From the NCBI RefSeq assembly GCF_001194135.2, contig NC_069009.1, positions 9,849,606 to 9,898,541 on the forward strand: a DNA stretch of 48,936 nucleotides. Reading direction: 5' to 3'. Of the stretch, positions 38,143 to 45,300 are shown one piece after another. This DNA comes from Octopus bimaculoides (taxonomy: Eukaryota). Below the pieces are notes generated by a model. The model saw nothing but the letters and a program-made list of their open reading frames with translations, made no database searches and was not told where the DNA came from. The translations under genes and the position numbers were made by a program. The stretch's first letter is position 1. The number at the start of each line of letters is the position of its first letter.

Positions 38143-39161
38143 NNNNNNNNNNNNNNNNNNNNNNNNNNNNNNNNNNNNNNNNNNNNNNNNNNNNNNNNNN
38201 NNNNNNNNNNNNNNNNNNNNNNNNNNNNNNNNNNNNNNNNNNNNNNNNNNNNNNNNNNNNNNNNNNNNNNNNNNNNNNNNNNNNNNNNNNNNNNNNNNNN
38301 NNNNNNNNNNNNNNNNNNNNNNNNNNNNNNNNNNNNNNNNNNNNNNNNNNNNNNNNNNNNNNNNNNNNNNNNNNNNNNNNNNNNNNNNNNNNNNNNNNNN
38401 NNNNNNNNNNNNNNNNNNNNNNNNNNNNNNNNNNNNNNNNNNNNNNNNNNNNNNNNNNNNNNNNNNNNNNNNNNNNNNNNNNNNNNNCAAATCCACTCAC
38501 AAGGGTTTGGTCAACCCGAGGCTAGGGTAGAAGGTACCACACAGTGGGACTGAACCCGGAATCATGTGGTTGGGAACTAAGCTTCTTGCCACACAGCCAT
38601 GCCTAATTTAGGAAGAAAATAAAGAGTGGCTGTTTAACTGTAGGTTTGTCTATATTATCCTTATGTTATCGGCACAGTTCATTTCAGAATCACGTGGTTT
38701 GTGGTTCAGTCCCACTACATGGTTAGGGCTGACCAGTGCCTTGGGAATGAAATTTGGTGGACAGAAACCATAAGAAAGCCTGTCATCTTGTTAATATCTA
38801 CTTTTCTATGCTCTTGTGGATTGGACAGAGTTTATTGAAGCAGATTTTCTATGACTGGATGTATGTGTGTGTGTATGTATATTTTTTCCATGATGTGAAA
38901 CGTTGGGATATACCAGCAAATGGTTCTTACATCATTTTGCATGTAGTCATAGGAGGCAATTTGGTTTGCATCTGGCCTCATTTCCAGTACACAGTATTGA
39001 CAAGTTACAAAGATGACAAAACAGTAAAGTCTATCACTCCTGTAACAGGATCTAATGCAAGTAATCTTCTAGGTGTTTAAACACCAAGCAAATTGATGAG
39101 AATATATTCTCACAGCCTGCCCACTAACTAACAAAACACATACATTGTGCATGTGTGTCCA

Positions 39162-39201
<40 letters not shown>

Positions 39202-39267
39202 AACCCAAGCCAGCAAGGAAAATGGATATTAAATGGTGATGATGATAGTTGTGTGTATGTTTGTGTA

Positions 39268-39330
<63 letters not shown>

Positions 39331-39342
39331 GTTTATATGTAT

Positions 39343-39377
<35 letters not shown>

Positions 39378-42300
39378 CATACACACTCACACAAGCTTCC
39401 ATACAGTTTCCATCTACCAGATGCATTTACAAGGCCTGAAGCTATAGTAAAAGACACTTGCCAAGGTACCATGCAGTGGGACTGATCCCAAAACCAGGTG
39501 CTTGCAAAGTGAGCTTCTCAATCACACAACCATGCTAACGCATAAAATATTTGTTTCAAATTTTGGCACAAAGCCAGCAAGTTCAGGGAAGTGGGTAAGT
39601 TGATAACATTGACCCCCCCCCCCAATGTTTAACTAGTTCTTACTTTATCAACCTTGAAAAGATTAAAGGCAAAGCTAACCTCAACTGAATTTGAACTGAG
39701 AACATAAAGACAGACGAAATGTCATTAAGCATTTTGCCCAGTGTGCTAATGTTTCTGTCAGCTTGCCACCTTCTAACACATAGAATATTAAAATATCTTT
39801 ATTATCTGTAAAGGTGAGGTTAACAGAGCCAACAATTCTAATTGTTCTATATTTAAGAGATGAGGAATTATTTACATTATTTACATTATTTACATTTGAC
39901 GGATATTTGTCCTCATCTTGTTTGTTGTTAAAACAACCAACAGAAGAGAATATGACCAAAAACTGCGTGTACTCCANNNNNNNNNNAATGAGAACCCAGG
40001 TTCGAAATTTCCCCAAGACACCTAACGAAGGCTGGAGGGTATATCAGCCGAAACGTTGTGTTAACAACAAACAAGATGAGGACAAATATCTGTCAAATGT
40101 AAATAATGTAAATAATGTAAATTCTAATTGTATCTACAAGTTCATATTCTGGTTTTGCTTTTTCAGGAAATATTATTGGGAACCGGTCATCTGAGTGGCT
40201 GTCAGCCGCCAAAGACAGGCCAGTGCCTCACACCCAGCAGACTGGCAATAGCAACAGCACTGCAGCCACAGTGGTCACTACGGCAACTGGCACAACATTC
40301 AGCACTTCTAGAGGCACTATGAGCACTGCAAACTATTCCAGCAGCAGCAGCTCTGCCACCATCACGGGATACCCACCACCTCCACCACCACCCCCTGCCC
40401 CACCTCTGCCCGCCCTGCCCACTGCTGCGGCTCCAGCAATGTCTCCCATTTCACATTATGGCACCTCCTCCACTGCTGTCGACTCTTCGCAGCGAGGCGG
40501 AAGTAGTGATGGAATGCCACTGGATGAGCTGCAAGAACTAGCTGCTACTCCTGGTACTATTGGAGACCGGCGTGACATGCCAACTTGTGACAACTTCTCA
40601 CCATCTAATCCCTGTAGCAAGCCAACTCTACCAATGGTGAACCAGGTAGGTCTTCATCTTCTTCTTTTGATGCATGTGTGTGTGTATGTGTTGTCTTGGG
40701 AATTCATTTTGTTTAACCGCAGGTCATGTATTTTAATGAGTAAGTGTTGACACTTTCCTTGTTTGCTTCATTTTATGGTACTGACCTTAATGATTTCATA
40801 GAAAATTGTTATTCTTATATTACAAAAGAGGTGATCTCAATCTGTCAGTCAATCACGACATCTATTAGAGCAGTTTTTTCCAAACTCTTCCAGTTAGTGA
40901 CACACATTTTAAACATACAATGCAACTCTCCTCAACACACCTTGTTCTTCTGAAGGGATATGTTTTACATATTATTGATCTAATGTGTGCAAGAATAGTC
41001 CTGGTGCCAACTGCAAAGCCAGAAATGTAGTCTACAAAATAAGCTGTATGGATGGTGAGTGTAAAAACAGAAACACGACATACATAGGTGAAATGGCAAG
41101 AAGTTTGGCTGAGCGTGTAAACGAACATTGGAGGGACTATAATAATCAAAAACAAACCTCGGTGCTCTACCAGCATGCCAAAGAACAACATGGTGGTGTA
41201 CTGGACAGAATTAGCATAGAAATCCTGTCTAGACACCCCGGTGACGCATCGTTGCGACAAATACAGNNNNNNNNNNNNNNNNNNNNNNNNNNNNNNNNNN
41301 NNNNNNNNNNNNNNNNNNNNNNNNNNNNNNNNNNNNNNNNNNNNNNNNNNNNNNNNNNNNNNNNNNNNNNNNNNNNNNNNNNNNNNNNNNNNNNNNNNNN
41401 NNNNNNNNNNNNNNNNNNNNNNNNNNNNNNNNNNNNNNNNNNAAACGAAATTGTTACAAACAAACATATGGACGCACATACTTACATATAAGCACGAACA
41501 CATAAGTGTGTGCACACATATGAGCGTGCACACATACGAGCTTGCACACACTCACATGCTCATACCGAACAGTTTCGAAACAACGCCAAAACAACGCCAG
41601 ATCATACATTCAAAATAAATGGAAGTGGAGAGACAAGTTACTGAAGAGATTGCAAGAGTGCAATGAAATAATTTAACAAAAAACTATATAAATTAATAAA
41701 GGACTGAACCAGTGCGTGTGTTTATTACCGGCATAATGCCTCTCCCAAGGTTTAATTGTATTTCTTTCAACACACGTATCCACATCAAGAATCTTGCACA
41801 TGAAATACACATACGAAAAAATTATAAATATATAATTTGTGAGCAAAATAAAATACATTTTCAAGAGAAATGCGAGTTATCATTTATTGATAATAATTTG
41901 TAAGTATGTGCAAGGATTAGTAAAAGAAAAATAACTTTTATAACTTACTATTTTAGTGAGCTTGATGGGAAGAACAGAGATTTTAGATATTAGATGGAAT
42001 AGTAGATAATGACACTCGCATTTCACTATCAAGCATTTTCAAGTTTCCACATTTCTATGTCTAGCATTACTGAAAAAGATGCTTCACAAATGTATGTAGT
42101 AGAAAAATGCAAAAGAATTTGTAAAACTTTTTAAGCTAGGTTTGGATGTTTGTTTCAAACATGAATCCAAAAGTTCTGTAAGTCCCCCTCATCAACAACA
42201 GACACTAATCATTCTTGATTTTGACTAGTTCTTCTTCTTCAGTAAGTGAAAAATCAGTTGTTGCAGTTGCAAGAAATGGATTTCTGATCCAATCATAGTT

Positions 42301-45300
42301 TGGGATTTCAATATTTGGAAAATAATAATCAAGTTTTTTCTCTAAGCAATGTTAAATGGTCAACAATTAACGATCTGATCTCACATTTTAGCTTGCACTC
42401 ACAAGTTTTGGAAAACATTTCAAATTTCCTTCTTTTACTTTGCATTTCCAAATTGTTATCTTGTCTCTCATAGCACAGATTTTATCAGTCAATATTAAGA
42501 TATTTTCTGCTTTTCCCTGCATACCTGTGTTAATTTTCTTCAAATGTTCAAATATGTCCGAAAGATATGCCAATTTGGTTCACCAAAGTTCATCTTGAAT
42601 CAGATCATTCTGTTGATTTTCTTCAAAAAGCATCATTTCTATCAATTCGTATACACAACAAAGCACACAACCTTTTGAAAGCCAACAAACCTCTGTGTGT
42701 AGTAGAAGTTTCTCAAAATTTGGTCCCATTTCTTCACAAATATGAGCAAATAATCTTGATTTAAGAGGTCTGCTTTTGATGTAAAAGACCATTTGAACCA
42801 CTTTGTTTATAACTCTTGATAAATCATCTCCAACAGTTGGTGCAATTAGTGCTTTGTGATGCAAAAAAACAATTAGTAATTATAATATTTGTATTCTGTT
42901 TTTATTGCTAAAGTTGTAAAACCTTTCACTGAACCTGCCTTTGAGGGTGCACCATCCGTGCATATTCCTACACAGTTTAACCACAACAAATTATTTTCCT
43001 TCATGAAGAAATTTAAAGCTTGAAAATTTTCTTCACCTCTAGTTCTCAATGGAAGTTGTAGACAACACAAGAATTGCTCAATAATTCTGTTATTATAAAT
43101 GAAACATATAAAACCCATCAATTGTGCTAACCCACTGACATCTGTTGATTCGTCTAACTGCAATGCAAACATCATGTTATTATCTTGAAAAATATCCTTC
43201 ATTTGTACCTTAATGTCATCAGACATATATTGAATTCGCCTTCCAGTTGTGTTATCTGTCAGAGGAATTTTATTGACTTGTATCTCAAATTCGGGTCCAA
43301 ATCTTCAAACAATAGCACAGCAAGATTCCTTTATAGTACTTTCAGCAATACTATGTTGTTCCTTGTTTTTGGCAATTATTTGAATAACCAAGTAACTTGC
43401 CTCTTGAGCTTTGTCTGATGTCTTCATTCTCCTTGTGAACATTGAAGCCTGCTGTTTTAGAGATTTTGAAAGTTCAATGAAGTATTCCACTGGTTTTGTT
43501 AACAAATTTCCATACCTAGTGCTGAAATGACACTTTAATTCGTTTGATACCATACTTTCGTTCGTAAGTAGATCTGCACAGACTAAACATAGGTGACTAG
43601 GATTGCTTTCATTTCCAGAAAATGTGAAGCCCAGTTTTATGTAATCTTTGTTGTATAAACAAGGCTTAAACATTTTTCCTGTGCCCACCTCACTCACTGA
43701 TGCTGGTCGTTCAACCATTGTTTGAGTGGTTTCCTTCATAGCTGTTAAATTTGTTCATTGGAAATGTCATCTTTCTTAATTAAAAACTTATCCATTTTAT
43801 GGGTAATTTAATTACAATTTATGAATAAAACTAAGCTGATTTATTATAAAGTTATGATAACTAAACGTGTAATTGATATCACCAACACTAAGCACGATAA
43901 AATTAGAAATGGTACGTTACACTTAATTAGAACACCCAGTTCCTAAGGCTAAGTCCGTGAGACTGATGAACAAGGTTCAAGTGTGGAATGAGTTTAATGT
44001 GATTTCATAATTATTAGTTCACCCTGAGTAATGCGTAATGTTAGTATAGGCGAGCAATAACTTTGGGCAATTTGAAAGCGGTTCCAGTGTGTTTCCCTCA
44101 CTAAAACAGATGCAGATTGGAAAATTTTCAATCGATTTTCAGTTCACTTTGGACAAGAGGATAGCACTTGCAATGTGTTAATTCTTTTACACTGAATAAA
44201 ATACAATGGAAATGAGCGCTATATTACTTGTGCCCTTTTTCTTTTGTTTTTTAATCTCACCTCCAGACATTAAGTGGGAAATGATAGCTGGTAGGTACAT
44301 GCATTGACATGTTCGCTATCCTAACAAACAGATTCTGAAAAGCTGAAGCAAATTGATATTAAGTGTTTTATATTGGTTTCCCAAACGTTTGCGACACACC
44401 TACGCCCTAATGGAAAACACACAGGGGGGAAGAAGGAAAGGCATAAAAAGAGGAGAGAACCTCTGTAACAATGTATTTAGAAGAAGTGTTCTGGATTGTT
44501 AGACATTGTATCAGCAAGAATCGAGATATTGTAGGAGAGAAGTGTGTGTGGATGGATAATGTTATGCTTGCACTTAGTGATGTGGACAAGAAACAGGCAT
44601 AGAAAAGTTAATATGCAAGACTGTTGAATGTAGAGAATGAATGGGATAAAGGTAGTCTCCCTCATATGAACCCAACAGAGGGACCAGCTATCCTAGTGGA
44701 CAGCAGTATTATAGATAAGGCAATTAAAGACATGAAAACTAGGAAAGCTTCTGGTCCATCTGGAATCACTGCTGAGATGCTCAAAATATTCAATAAGGTA
44801 GGATATGGGCTAGTCACCCACTTAGTTAATTAGGTCATTCAGGAAGGTGTAATATCCAGTGACTGGCATAATTGTTAGCTGCTACAAAAATAAGGACCAG
44901 GTGATGAAAATTACAGAGAGAATTAAAGCCCAATTAATTAGGAGCAGAATTAGGGAAGACAAAATGCAGTTTGACTTTGTCCAGTGGGAGAAGTACCACT
45001 GATACTATTTTCATAATCAAATAACTGCAAGGGAAATACTTAGCTAAGAATAAACCACTTTACTTGGCAGTCATTGATCTATAGAAATCCTTCCATGGCT
45101 TACCCCACTGTGTGATACAGTGGGCTTTGAGGAGGCTAGGGATAGATGAGGGGTTGGTGAAAGCTGTACAGACCACGTACAGAGACACTGTCATTAAGGT
45201 GAGAGTTGACCACAAGTACAGCAAAGAATTTGGTGTGTAGGTAGGGTTTCATCAAGACTCAGTTCTCTTCCCCCCTCTTTTCATCATTGTCCACCAGGCC

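Noticed and set aside
41953-43795. Domesticated ZBED5/SCAND3-like host gene
   Set aside because: The reading frame is broken into at least four pieces by stops and frameshifts, and a TIR is retained, so this is a dead transposon.
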